Under the pieces are notes generated by a model. It did no database searches, was not told the DNA's origin, and was given only the letters and a program-made list of their open reading frames with translations. A stretch of 64,000 bases of DNA from Piromyces finnis finn (Eukaryota > Fungi > Neocallimastigomycota), in the NCBI GenBank assembly GCA_002104945.1, contig MCFH01000026.1, positions 670,685 to 734,684 of the forward strand, given 5' to 3'. A program made the translations under genes and the position numbers. This document shows positions 13,023 through 24,936 of this stretch, piece after piece. Within the stretch, counting starts at the first letter, position 1, and the number at the start of each line of letters is the position of its first letter.

Positions 13023-13815
13023 TGTAAAAATATAAAATTTAAAACAGCTTTTATACTTAAAACAAAACAATTTTTATTAACACAAAAATAAAAAAAATAA
13101 AACATTAAATTTTTATTTTAAAAAAAAACATTTTTTATTTAAACTCTTAAAAATATTATTAACTATATAATAGTTAATAATTAAAAAATTGAAAATAACA
13201 ATTACATCGATTTAATAAACAAAAATTACATGTATTTATATTTTTTCATAATTATATTCTAATATATTATTCTATTTAAATAAACATATATTTAATATAA
13301 AATAAACAAAACTAATTTAATTAAATAATAAAATAACAAAACTAAACTAAACTAATTCATTATACTTTTAATTCAATTTGAGTAAACTCAAAATTGAATA
13401 AAGCCTATGTATTTTCTATAAATTAATTTAATATTATCAATACTATTCTTAATATATTTCCTATTGAAATATAAATAAATCTATTTTTAAAACTAAGTTA
13501 AAATTATTAAACTATTCTAAATTTAAATAAAAAAGTATAATCTATTCTAAAATTAAATAAAAAGTATTTAAAAAATATTTTAATTATTTTAAATATTTGA
13601 AATATTTAAATTTAATTAAAATTCTTTTATTCCTTAAATTTAAATATTTATCTTAATTTAATTTTAACGGAATTATTATAAAATAATTTATTATTAAATT
13701 ATTCCATAAAATTTATTCAAAAATTTTATAATAAGTTTTACTAAATATTAATTTATTATTTAATAATTAATAATTAATTATTAAATAATCTAAAGATATA
13801 TCTTATATCTTTACA
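13023..13815 (+). repeat. Solo LTR family A, copy 4
   Basis: TG...CA; TSD GTTAT (13018-13022 / 13816-13820); removing it restores the integrase C-terminus KNIVKYNSATE* of element T, followed by PPT aacgagggg and an LTR start TGTTAAGG at 12978. Confidence 0.9.
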
Positions 13816-15053
13816 GTTATATTTAACGATATTTTTGAAATGTATATTTCTGTTTATTAGTACACCATTTTCTGGGTCTGCTAAGACTACTGTATTGAAC
13901 TGTTTCTGGACCACTTTGAGAGGTCCTACAAAGTAAGGTTCCAATTTTGTTCTACTGAAGTTTCTTACCAAAACTAAGTGACCTATTTTTATTTTCTTAG
14001 CTTGGTTCATACTTAATTTTTCTTCTCTTCTCATAGACCAATATTTATTAGCCGTCTTTACATTTTCAGCAGCTATATCAAAAGGTTGTTGGTCTTCCCT
14101 ACCATAAACTAGCTCAAAACTTTTTGGTTCGTAACAGTATTCTTTGTAGTTCTTAAGCCAAAAGTGGTTTATGATCCGTATACACCATAGTAGTATACAG
14201 GTTTCCTAAAATATAAGGTTTTAACTTACTCACGCAAAAGAATAACGCAGCACCTTCAAACTCTGTTATTCCATAGTTCTCCGCTTTACTAAGACTTCGA
14301 CTAATATAATGTACAGGGTGTTCTATTTTAGTAGTTTCATCTTCTTGTAATAAAACACCACCAACTCCATCATAGGATGCATCTGTACGTATGATAAAAG
14401 GCTTATCAAATTCAGGAAACTTTAAAATGGGAGCATTTATCAGTTTTTCTTTTAATATTTTAAATGCCTTTTCATGTTTTTCTTCCCATTTATATCGTAC
14501 ATTTTTCTTTAATAATTCACATAAGGGCGCGGTTACTTGAGAGTACTTAGGAATAAAATTTCGATAATATCCTACTGCACCCGAAAACGAACGTAATTCA
14601 TGAATATTTCTTGGAGCTTCCCACTTCCTTATGGCTTCTATTTTATTTTCCAAGGGACTCAAACCTTTAGTAGATAATCTGTGACTTAATACATTTACTT
14701 CTTCCTTCATAAAACTACATTTTTCAAGATTTATTTTTAATTCATTTTCTTTTAATATTCCAAATACTTTCTTAATATGTTCTATGTGTTCTTCCACACT
14801 CTTGGAATATATGAGTACATCATCAATAAAATTATATACACAATTTCCAATTAAAGGAAATAATATTTTATTCATTTCCCTCTGAAAAGTTGCTGGTGCA
14901 TTAGTTAACCCAAACGGCATGACCTTAAACTGATAGTTACCAAACTTGGTAGTAAAACTAGTAACCTCAGTACTTTCCTCATGCATAGAAATTTGATGAT
15001 AACCTGAATATAAGTCCATAGTAGTGAATATTTTGGCTCCGTTCAGACTATCA
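13816..15053 (-). pseudogene. pol: Ty3/gypsy element T: RT-RNase H fragment fused by deletion to the integrase C-terminus
   Basis: DLYSGYHQI, YQFKVMPFGLTNAPATFQ, FIDD, IRTDAS, YTDHKPL; then FELVYGR...LEPYFVGP. Confidence 0.9.
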
Positions 15054-15628
15054 AATATTTTAGATAATAAAAATTTTTTTTTATAAACTAAGCCTCAAAA
15101 TTAGAAATAAATAAATTGAATATATGTTTGAAATATAATCAACCATATAGTAAATAAATCAAAACTTTTTTAAGTTTAGAAAATTCTTTAGTAAATAAAT
15201 TGAATTTAAATAGTTTAATACAAATAATTTCTTTTAATAAATGTATAAATGTAAACAATGTAAAATTATAATATTAAAACATGTATATTAGAATTTATTC
15301 AATTTATTTAAATAGTATAAATAAAGAAAATTTTTCAACTATTGAAACGATAGTTGGAAAATCGTATAGGTTAATTCTGTTTAGATAAATTAACATTAGT
15401 TTATAATTAGTTTATAGTTTAGATTAATAATTTTAGTTTTAATAATTAATATTGATTACCTAGTGAGGGCTCTGGTAAAATATCCTTTACGGTAAAGTAA
15501 TCAACGGTTGTTTAGTTAGTATAGTTTTAAAAATAAATAAATAAATAAATAAAAATTTTTATTAAAAATAATTAGTTTAATTGTTAGTTTAGTGTTGTAT
15601 ACAAACCTGAACTTTAGAATATTTTACA
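15053..15628. repeat. LTR family Z, truncated copy inserted in the PPT of chromovirus X
   Basis: Matches 21608-22161; ends aatattttaCA at 15628, directly against the X PPT (cctcctctagg). Confidence 0.8.
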
Positions 15629-15987
15629 CCTCCTCTAGGATTCGGATACCAGACGAATCAACTAAATTTAGTTGTTATTTTATTATAAAAAGAAATAATT
15701 AAAACGAGTGAATACATTTTGAAAATTTTTTTTTTTTTTAATTACATGTATATTAAATTATAAATATATTTTTCATTTTCTATTTTCTATTCTCTTTTTC
15801 TCTTATCAATTACTAAAATTTTTTTTATATATAATAACTATTACTAATGTGAATTATTGAAATTTTTGATTAGTTCATCGCAGTTTAAATTGCTTTCAGG
15901 TTCCCAAGATGCTTCTGAAAGCGGATAACCTTTCCATTTTATAAGATATTGAATCTTCCCATAATGCTTTCTTTTATCAAGTATTTC

Positions 15988-18858
15988 TTATATTTCGTAT
16001 TCTTCTTCTTCATTTATTATAATAGGTGGAGGTGGATCTTTGATTCTTCCAAAACTATCTTCATAGTACGGTTCTAGATTCGAAACATGAACAATTGGGT
16101 AAATCTTCAGCGATTTTAGTAATTCTAATTTATAAGTGAGATTAGAGATTTTACTAATTATCCTAAACGGGCTAAGTTTCCTAGGATTAAATTTTTTATT
16201 TCCTTTATGAATTATCAAGGAGCTATCCAACCATACTTTGTCACCTGTCTTGAATATCGGGGGTTCTTGTCTATACTTGTCGGCGTATTTCTTTTGAACT
16301 TGGATGGCCTTCTTTAGGTTTTCTTTAAGTTTCTCCATTAGGTCTTCAAAGTCTCTTGTAAATTCTTCAGCTCTTGGGACATTCGTTTGGTCAGGAATTA
16401 TCGGAGAGTATTTTGGGTGATAACCATAATTTAGAAAGAAAGGTGAGAATTTTGTTGAGTCTTGAACAGCATTATTGTAGCTAAATTCTGCCAATGAAAG
16501 AAAATTGATCCAGTTTGTTCCTTTATAATTAGAAAAACATCTTAAATATTGTTCAACAACGGAGTTTACCCTCTCCGTTTGGCCATTGGATTGATGATGA
16601 TATGGCGAAGAATATTTAACATTGACGTCCAAAGCTCGGCAAATAGATTTCCAAAATCTCGAAGTGAATTGCGCGCCTCTATCGGAAATAATTTCAGAGG
16701 GGAGACCGTGAATTCTGAAAATATAATTCAAAAAAGCAAAAGCAGTATCAGAAGCAGATGGAATACCTTTAAAGGGAATGAGGTGACACATTTTTGTAAG
16801 GCGGTCAACTACAACAAGAATAGAATTAAATCCGTCGGAAGGAGGGAGGTCCGTAATGAAATCCATGGAAATTGAAGCCCAAGGATGGTTACTAATCTCA
16901 AGGGGTTGAAGTAAGCCATATGGTTTGTGACGAGAAGGCTTTGAGCGGCAACAAATCTCGCAAGATCGGATATAATTCTTAACATCAATAGAAATGGATG
17001 GCCACAAAAAGTCACGAGAGATCAGAGAAATAGTTTTGCGGATACCAAAATGACCGGCAGAAGGGGAATCATGACAGAGCTTCAAAACGGAGGGATGGCA
17101 TTTTAAAGGAACATATATTCTATTATCAAAAAGAAGAAAACTATTACTAAGAGAGAATTTATTACTTTGTGGATGTGGAGCTGGGAGATTCTTATTTTCA
17201 AGAAAATTGTAAATGTCAATGTAAAATGAGTCGTTTACATATTCAGATAATATTTCATCATTAAGAGAAGAAATGGAACAAATCAAAGCACAGAAATTCT
17301 CAGGTCGTAAAACCGAAAAAGGAGCATCAGAAGGAAGAGAGGAATCCATATAATCAGGTCTTCTTGAAAGCGCATCAGGTTTACCATTAGATGAACCAGA
17401 GCGGTAGAGAATTTTAAAGTTAAATTCGGAGAGGAAAAGAGCCCAACGAACAAGACGTTGCGACATATTTTCCGGTTTCTTTTGATATAATAAGTTTCGA
17501 TGATCTGAATAAATAGTAAACGGAGATAAAGCACCTTTGAGAAAGTGTCGCCAAGTTTCAAGAGCATTAACAATAGCTAAAAGTTCTTTATCGTATATAG
17601 GATAGTTTCTTTCAGCGGAAGTAAGAGATCTTGAATAGAAAGCGACAGGATGAATCATTTTATCATCAGGCGATTTTTGGGACAGAACTGCTCCTATAGC
17701 AAAATTGCTAGAGTCGGTTTCAACAACAAAGGGAAGATCACGATTTGGATGAGACAGGATGGGAGCAGACGAAATTAATGATTTAATAGTATTAAATGCG
17801 TCAAGAGCTTCAGAGGCAAAATCAAATTTAACATTTTTACGAAGTAGTCTGTGAAGGGGTTGGGCAACTTTGGCAAAATTAGGGATGAACCGACGATAGT
17901 AGTTGGCTAGGCCAATAAAAGATTGAACTTCCTTGACATTGGACGGAACTGGCAAATTGATAATAGCAGAAACTTTATTGGGGTCCATATGTATGCCTTC
18001 AGAGGATATCCGATGACCAAGAAAATCAATAGAGGAAACAAAGAATTCACATTTTTCAAGCTTAGCATAAAGACCAGCATTTCTTAAGCGATCCAAGACT
18101 TCGATAACGTGCTTAATGTGGGATTTACGGTTTTCAGAAAAAATAATTAAATCGTCAATATATGAATAAACAAAAATTCCAAGAATATTTTCCAAAACAT
18201 CATTGATAAAATGCTGAAAAACAGCCGGGGCGTTTTTTAGTCCGAATGGCATTACCAGGTATTCAAAATGACCGAATTTGCAGGTGGAGGCTGTTTTATA
18301 TTCATCACCCTTTTTGATTCGGACTAAATTGTATGCTGATCGTAAATCCAGTTTTGAGAAGATTTTCGCTTTACCAAGATGCTCTAGCATATCTTGAATC
18401 AGGGGTAGAGGATAGGAATTTCTAATGGTAATTTTGTTGAGTTCCCTATAATCTTGACAAAGACGGAGTTCACCATTTTTCTTAGGAACGAAGAGCACAG
18501 GCGCACCAGCAGGAGATTTGGATTTCCTAATGAAACCCTTTTTGAGATTTTCATCAATATAATCCTTCAAAACTCTTGTTTCTTCGTCTGTTAGTGGGTA
18601 GATAGGTCCATAAAAAAGCTTGGCATTTTCGATTAAGTTTATTTGACAATCATAAGGACGATGAGATGGTAATTTATCAGCAGAGGATTCGCTAAAGACG
18701 TCCATATATGATTCTAATTCCTTCGGAAGTTTAGTGATAACACTTGAGTCTTTAAGAGAGTTTTTTGGTGAGTAAGAATCAACTTTGGAAAGAGAAATAT
18801 TAGAAGTCATGGCAGGACAAGATTCTTGTGAAGAAGAATTGGTAACAGATTCATTCAT
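15988..18858 (-). CDS. pol: RT-RNase H-integrase ORF of chromovirus X (956 aa fragment)
   Basis: [28 protein letters not shown], zinc finger CHDSPSAGH...CEIC, DDE core. Confidence 0.9.
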   Translation of the reverse strand: MNESVTNSSSQESCPAMTSNISLSKVDSYSPKNSLKDSSVITKLPKELESYMDVFSESSADKLPSHRPYDCQINLIENAKLFYGPIYPLTDEETRVLKDYIDENLKKGFIRKSKSPAGAPVLFVPKKNGELRLCQDYRELNKITIRNSYPLPLIQDMLEHLGKAKIFSKLDLRSAYNLVRIKKGDEYKTASTCKFGHFEYLVMPFGLKNAPAVFQHFINDVLENILGIFVYSYIDDLIIFSENRKSHIKHVIEVLDRLRNAGLYAKLEKCEFFVSSIDFLGHRISSEGIHMDPNKVSAIINLPVPSNVKEVQSFIGLANYYRRFIPNFAKVAQPLHRLLRKNVKFDFASEALDAFNTIKSLISSAPILSHPNRDLPFVVETDSSNFAIGAVLSQKSPDDKMIHPVAFYSRSLTSAERNYPIYDKELLAIVNALETWRHFLKGALSPFTIYSDHRNLLYQKKPENMSQRLVRWALFLSEFNFKILYRSGSSNGKPDALSRRPDYMDSSLPSDAPFSVLRPENFCALICSISSLNDEILSEYVNDSFYIDIYNFLENKNLPAPHPQSNKFSLSNSFLLFDNRIYVPLKCHPSVLKLCHDSPSAGHFGIRKTISLISRDFLWPSISIDVKNYIRSCEICCRSKPSRHKPYGLLQPLEISNHPWASISMDFITDLPPSDGFNSILVVVDRLTKMCHLIPFKGIPSASDTAFAFLNYIFRIHGLPSEIISDRGAQFTSRFWKSICRALDVNVKYSSPYHHQSNGQTERVNSVVEQYLRCFSNYKGTNWINFLSLAEFSYNNAVQDSTKFSPFFLNYGYHPKYSPIIPDQTNVPRAEEFTRDFEDLMEKLKENLKKAIQVQKKYADKYRQEPPIFKTGDKVWLDSSLIIHKGNKKFNPRKLSPFRIISKISNLTYKLELLKSLKIYPIVHVSNLEPYYEDSFGRIKDPPPPIIINEEEEYEI

Positions 18859-19506
18859 TACTAATTGAGACAGATTTAGAACGATTTTCTTTGAAATTAC
18901 GAGAATGAGATAACTTAGAATTCAAAAAAGATGATTTGGAATTGTCAATAAAAATAGGCAAAGAAACAGAAGAAGAGTGATTGCAATCAGCAGAATCAGT
19001 AGAAAAAACAGAAATTTCCTGATGGAATTCGGGAACATTTGAAGGGAGAGTCATACAATGATCCAAGCAATAAGAAGAACCAAAAGATAATTTGTTATTT
19101 TCAAAGTCAATACTTGGATTGTGTTCCTTAAGCCAACGTAGACCGAGAATACAAGGATATACAGGTAGATCAGTAACATAAAAGACAGTACGGCATAAAT
19201 GATCCATGTAACGAAGATTAAGAGGTGGAGTAACTTCGAACAGTTTTTGGCTACCACCAATACCGAATACGTTGGGTAAATCTTCTTCATAGTGGTAGGG
19301 GATATTGTGATCGTTGCAATAGTCGATATCAATTAGGTTAAGAGTAGAACCGGAGTCTATAAGAATTTTGGTGTCTAATTCAAACGATAATTTGAAATTT
19401 GAGGTTACCTTGTCTTGTGGATTATTCTTGGAATCGGAAGAATTATTTGGTAGAGAAACTAAAGATTCGACTGCTGAGTTTTTATTTCTTCTCTTAGGAC
19501 AATCTT

Positions 19507-20217
19507 TCAGTTGGTGTCCCGGAGATCCACAATAGGCACATAAGTTTTCTTTACTTCTTCTTTCTTTTTCTTCCTTGGATAACGGACCAAAGTATCTTTT
19601 CTTCTTGGTTCTTTTAGATTTGTGGTAGCTTTTCTGGAGCCTTTGCTGAAATTAGAACTGGGTCCTTTAGAGTTTTTATCAAAAAATAATCCCCTGGTAG
19701 CAAGTCTTGAGTCTATTCTAGCTGCAATAGTTTGGAGGGAAAACAAATCTCTTGGTCCTGGGAACATCTCTAAGATCTTCATTGCAACTTCTTGGTTGAG
19801 CCCAGCGACAAAAGCATCCATTTTAGCTTCTTCATTCCAGTTGGATTCATCAGAATATTTGTTGAATTCAAGGATGTATCCTCTGATGCCACCCAAACGA
19901 TGTTGCTTGAGAGTACTTAACATTTGATTGGCTACGTAGACTGCGTCGTTGTTCCCATAGAATGCCTTTAGTCTTTCTTTGAATGCTTGGTAGTTAGTCA
20001 AACATGGGTCATGATTATCAATAAGCGTAGCAGCCCAATTTAATGCATTTCCATAAAGGCGAGAAATCAGATAGATAACCTTGCTTTCTTCATCCTGATA
20101 TCTTTCGGGGTAGAGAAGAAAAACAAGTTCTATTTTGGCTTGGAAACCTTTGAGATATTTTCTGTCTCCTGCGAAACCGTCTTTTAGTGAAGCGTTATCA
20201 AATATTTGTCCTTCCAT
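19507..20217 (-). CDS. gag: Gag of chromovirus X
   Basis: Homologous to the N-terminus of the 1452-aa Y polyprotein (LKDGFAGD...[14 protein letters not shown]). Confidence 0.85.
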   Translation of the reverse strand: MEGQIFDNASLKDGFAGDRKYLKGFQAKIELVFLLYPERYQDEESKVIYLISRLYGNALNWAATLIDNHDPCLTNYQAFKERLKAFYGNNDAVYVANQMLSTLKQHRLGGIRGYILEFNKYSDESNWNEEAKMDAFVAGLNQEVAMKILEMFPGPRDLFSLQTIAARIDSRLATRGLFFDKNSKGPSSNFSKGSRKATTNLKEPRRKDTLVRYPRKKKKEEVKKTYVPIVDLRDTN

Positions 20218-21338
20218 TAAAAATTAAAAAAATAAAATTACTTGAAAAGAAAAATTATGGAAATTAAGATAAAGTTATATTTGAAGAAATTGAGAAAGAA
20301 AAAAAATTAAATCTTTATTATTATTTATTGATTAAAATATTTTATATAAAGACAAAGAGTCAAATTAAATAGTATTGGACCATCAAATATTTAATTTTAT
20401 TAGCACTCAATACTAGGTCCCTCATAGCTCTTTGTTGATAATGTAGATATTATCAATTGTTAATATTGGAAATATAAAATTTTCAATAAAAGGAATTAAC
20501 GGTATTAGTTTCTTTATTGTCACTTAATTAATTAATTAAGCGGAAAGAAAAAAATAGGTTTAATTCCCCGATTATTAATAATATCTAAACAACAAAGTAT
20601 TATGTATAGGTGTCCAACTATCCACGCTAAGGGAGGTATTGAATCCTAACTTCTTTGTTATTTTAATATTTTTTCAAAAATAATAAATAAAATTTAATTT
20701 TATTTATTAAAAGTAGAAAAAGGTTTTATTAAAAAATGAATTTTTTCTTTATTATTAAATTAAGCGTCCTGGCGCTCCCCTTATAATAACTGCGGGTTTT
20801 ACTCTTGTTTTCAGTACCCTTATTGTTAAAATAAGCTTCACTGACTTAATTTTTTTAATAAATTAAAATTTCTTCCTTTTTTTTTAAACACTAAGGTGTT
20901 ATTATATATTTTAGGAGTTTTTATTGTAAAGAACTAATGTTCAATAAATAAAAACACAAATATATAAAAGGAAAAATAAAAATAAATAAAAATTTTATTA
21001 TTGAACACTTAACAAAATTATAACAGGTTAGTGTTTAATAATTTTATTTTTATTATAAAAATTTTTGTTAATAAAAACTCGAATTAAAAAATGTTTAAGG
21101 AAATTTCACTCGTATTTATATAAAAATTTTTAAAATTAAATTTATAAAAATTTTACAACTTAATTTTTTAGTCCAATCAGAAATTTTCTTTTTTGATAAA
21201 ATTTTGTTGTAAAAATATTTTAATATTTAATAAAAAAGGATTAATGAGGATTCGAACTCGAGTAATCCAAACCAAGATCTTAGTTACTAACCACTAAAAC
21301 AGGTTACTAATTTCTATTATGTCACAATAACATATATA

Positions 21339-22161
21339 TGTAAAATATTGTATTAATAGAATAATGTATTTAATACGTATTTAAAATAATGTATAATGTA
21401 TTAAATTAATGTACCGTAAATTTTATTCTTTAATTACAAAAATTTATATCACAATATATTAACATAAATTTATGTAAATTTTATTTTTTAATTACAAAAA
21501 TTTATATCACAATACATTAACATAAATTTATGTAAAATATAATTTTATGATAAGATAAAGTTTTTGATGATAAAATAAAATTTTAAATTAAATAAATTTT
21601 AACCAATAAATATTTTAGATAATAAAAAAAAAATTTTTTATAAACTAAGCCTCAAAATTAGAAATAAATAAATTGAATATATGTTTGAAATATAATCAAC
21701 CATATAGTAAATAAATCAAAACTTTATTTTAAGTTTAGAAAATTCTTTAGTAAATAAATTGAATTTAAATAGTTTAATACAAATAATTTCTTTTAATAAA
21801 TGTATAAATGTAAACAATGTAAAATTATAATATTAAAACATGTATATTAGAATTTATTCAATTTATTTAAATAGTATAAATAAAGAAAATTTTTCAACTA
21901 TTGAAACGATAGTTGGAAAATCGTATAGTTTAGTTATATAGTTAGTTTAGATTATTAGTTTTAATTTAATTAGTTAATAATTGATTACCTAGTGAGGGCT
22001 CTGGTGAAATAACCTTCACGGTAAAGTAATCAACGGTTGTTTTAGTTTAGTTTAGTTTAATATAATTTAATAAATAAAAAGTTTAATAATTAATAAATTT
22101 ATAACTAGTGTTTAGTTTAGTTAGTGTATACAAACCTGAACTTAGTTTAAAATATTTTACA
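21339..22161. repeat. Solo LTR family Z, full copy (823 bp)
   Basis: 11-bp terminal inverted repeat TGTAAAATATT; TSD ATATA (21334-21338 / 22162-22166). Confidence 0.85.
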
Positions 22162-24936
22162 ATATAAAAATTTAAAAAATTTGGACACATGGAAAAAATT
22201 AAAAATTTTTTTAAAATTTGAAAATTTGAAAATTTGAAAAAATTTATTTTTTAAATTTTTATTAAAAAATTTCAAAGTATAAAATTTCTAATATTTGAAA
22301 TTATTAAATTTTTAAAATTATTAAAATTTTATTATTAAAAATTTTATTTTAAATTTATTAACTATTTACAATAATTATATTAATTATTAATTTATAAAAA
22401 TTAAATATTTTATAATTAGACAATAATTAATTAAAATTAAAAAATGTAATAATTAAAATTGTTCATGTATAAAAAGAACAAAAATTGACAAAAATTACGA
22501 AGCTTTAGCGTTAGTAATTTTTTAACCTAAAGTTAATAAAATTTATAAACTCCTATAAAACCTAAAACTTTAAAAATTTTAATATTTTTAATAACTTAAT
22601 ATAGGCTGATATTAAGTTATTGCTAAAATAAAAATATTATTTAAATTTCTTTATATAAATATTATTAGCTTTACGCCTTCAATAGGAAAGCGTATTATAT
22701 TTATTAATTAATATAACTAGTGTGCTTACCACACTTTTCTTTAATAAAAAATCGCTTTTTGACATATTATTTTGATACATTACCTCTATAAAAATAAGAA
22801 ATTAGCATAAATTCTAGGTAAAAAGTAATTTAGGTTAGAAAATAGTAATAATATAATATTGTAGAATAAATTATTAATGTACATTAATGTACATAGTCAA
22901 TAATAGTAATAATAATTCTAATAATATAGCGGAGTTATAGGAAAAATGATATAAAAATAGTATAAAAAGAACAAAGAGAAAAAAAAAAAGGAATAATTAG
23001 TTTGGAAGAATATTTTGGAAGAGAATTATTTAAAGGAGTTAAATAATTCTATTAGGTTATATTATTTGTTCTTAAATATAAATTATTCTTATTCTTTTAA
23101 TTGTAAAAAACCTTTCATTCATTAATTATAAATAAAGATTGAAGATATAACAAAAATATTATATAAATTACATGTTTCTTTCTTTCTATTTTACTTATTA
23201 AAAGTATTGAAATTGTTATTATTAACTTCCTTTATTAGAATATATTATTTTATAATTCCCTATTTGCTTTGTCCTAAAATAAATAAATTATTTTGTGGTA
23301 CTTTATGAAAATATTGTATCAATTTGTTTTGATAAGTGTTTAATATTATCTTAATTTATAATTAAATAATTATAAATGTGAAGATATTAACTGGATTTAA
23401 AACAAATTCAGATAATATCTATAATTAATTAAACATAATAATTAGAATTAAATAATCCCAATAATTATTTTAAAACACCTTTAAAAGTCACCTTTTAAAT
23501 TTTGGTTCAGTGAAAGGGTTATGATTTCAAAAAATTTAATATCAATACACTATAACCCTTAACCAAAAATAAACAAACACGAAACAAGGTGTAACTCGCC
23601 AAAAACGATCGCTACGGCTATAAGTACTACGGCTATCAAACCAGGTTTATTAGAAAGCTTAAGGAAAAAGCTACATTTTGGTACAATCGCGGTCCTTCTA
23701 ACAGGTCATTTAAGGAAGATATGATCATTCGAAGATTTTAATAAGTAAATTAAAATTAATATGATATCAAGTATGGATCATAGACATTTCTTATGACTTG
23801 ACGAAAATTAAAAAGATATCAATAGAAATTCTAATTATATTAATTTAATTAATGATAGTGACTGTTACTAAAAATAGAACTAAACCATTTAGGTGTAACG
23901 GTTAACATTTATAAATTAAATAATTTTAATTATTATAAAATAGGTTAATGGATCAAGTGTTTAAATGATTAATCATATGTTTATTTTATTTTATGTCATG
24001 ACAAAACAAACAAACAAACAAACAAACAATCTTATTATATTATTAACATATTACATGTAATACTTTATTTTTATCAATTTAATAATCTGAACAAAGAATA
24101 TAAAATAGAATGAATTGAATTCGATTTTAATTCTTTGTAAAGATTATAGTTATAATCTTAATTATATAGTTATTAAATATATTATCATTTATATTATTAT
24201 TAATAAATAAATAAAATTTTATAAAAAAGTTATTCTAAAGAATAAATATTAATTTCTCATTTGGAAGTTTAAAGGGTTATTTTATATTTAAATTTAATTT
24301 CTTAAAAACATATTTACTATATAATTGATAACATTCTGACCTGGCCGCATAACCAAATCCAAAAACTTAACAATAAAAGTGATAATATTCTTATCAATTT
24401 ATATAAAAAAAAAGATTTAAAATAAATTTTTATTATAAAGTTATTTGAAATATTTTAATTCGACATAACGATTATTAACAAAATATAAAAGTTATGTTTT
24501 AAAAACACAATTTTAAAATATATTTTTGAATCAACTCTTTATTTAATACATTTATTAAAAGTATTGATTGATTTTTAAATTAGGAAATAATTACATGTAT
24601 TTATAATTTTCTTTCTGTTTTAACTTTTTAAAATAAAATATTAATATGTTTTAAAATAATAATGAATAATAAATAAAAGAAACAATTTATTTTAAAGTAA
24701 TTAATTTAATTAATATAACACTATTTTACTATTTAAAATGTTATTTATACTATGTTTATTTTATAACAAAAATATAATTTAAACTGAGTTTTAATAAATA
24801 ATTTTTATACTTTTAATTAAACATTTAAATATTATTATTATTTATTATTTATTTTTAAGTTGTTTTGAGGGTTAGTTTATATCAAGATTATAATTTCATA
24901 TTTATTAATTCCAATTTATATCAATTTCTCCCTTCT

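Larger units (their letters stand above)
15629..21326 (-). mobile_element. Chromovirus (Ty3/gypsy) X, frameshifted, 3' LTR lost; 5' LTR at 20925-21326
   Basis: Gag 19507-20217; protease LIDSGS ~19350; RT YSYIDD, RNase H ETDSS and integrase ISMDFITDL within 15988-18858; frameshifted chromodomain ~15860-15990; clear paralog of Y. Confidence 0.92.

Noticed and set aside
21420-21540. Short tandem repeats (58-bp duplication here; AAAC microsatellite ~24003; long poly-T runs) as an array system
   Set aside because: No repeat-spacer alternation; simple slippage products, not CRISPR-like
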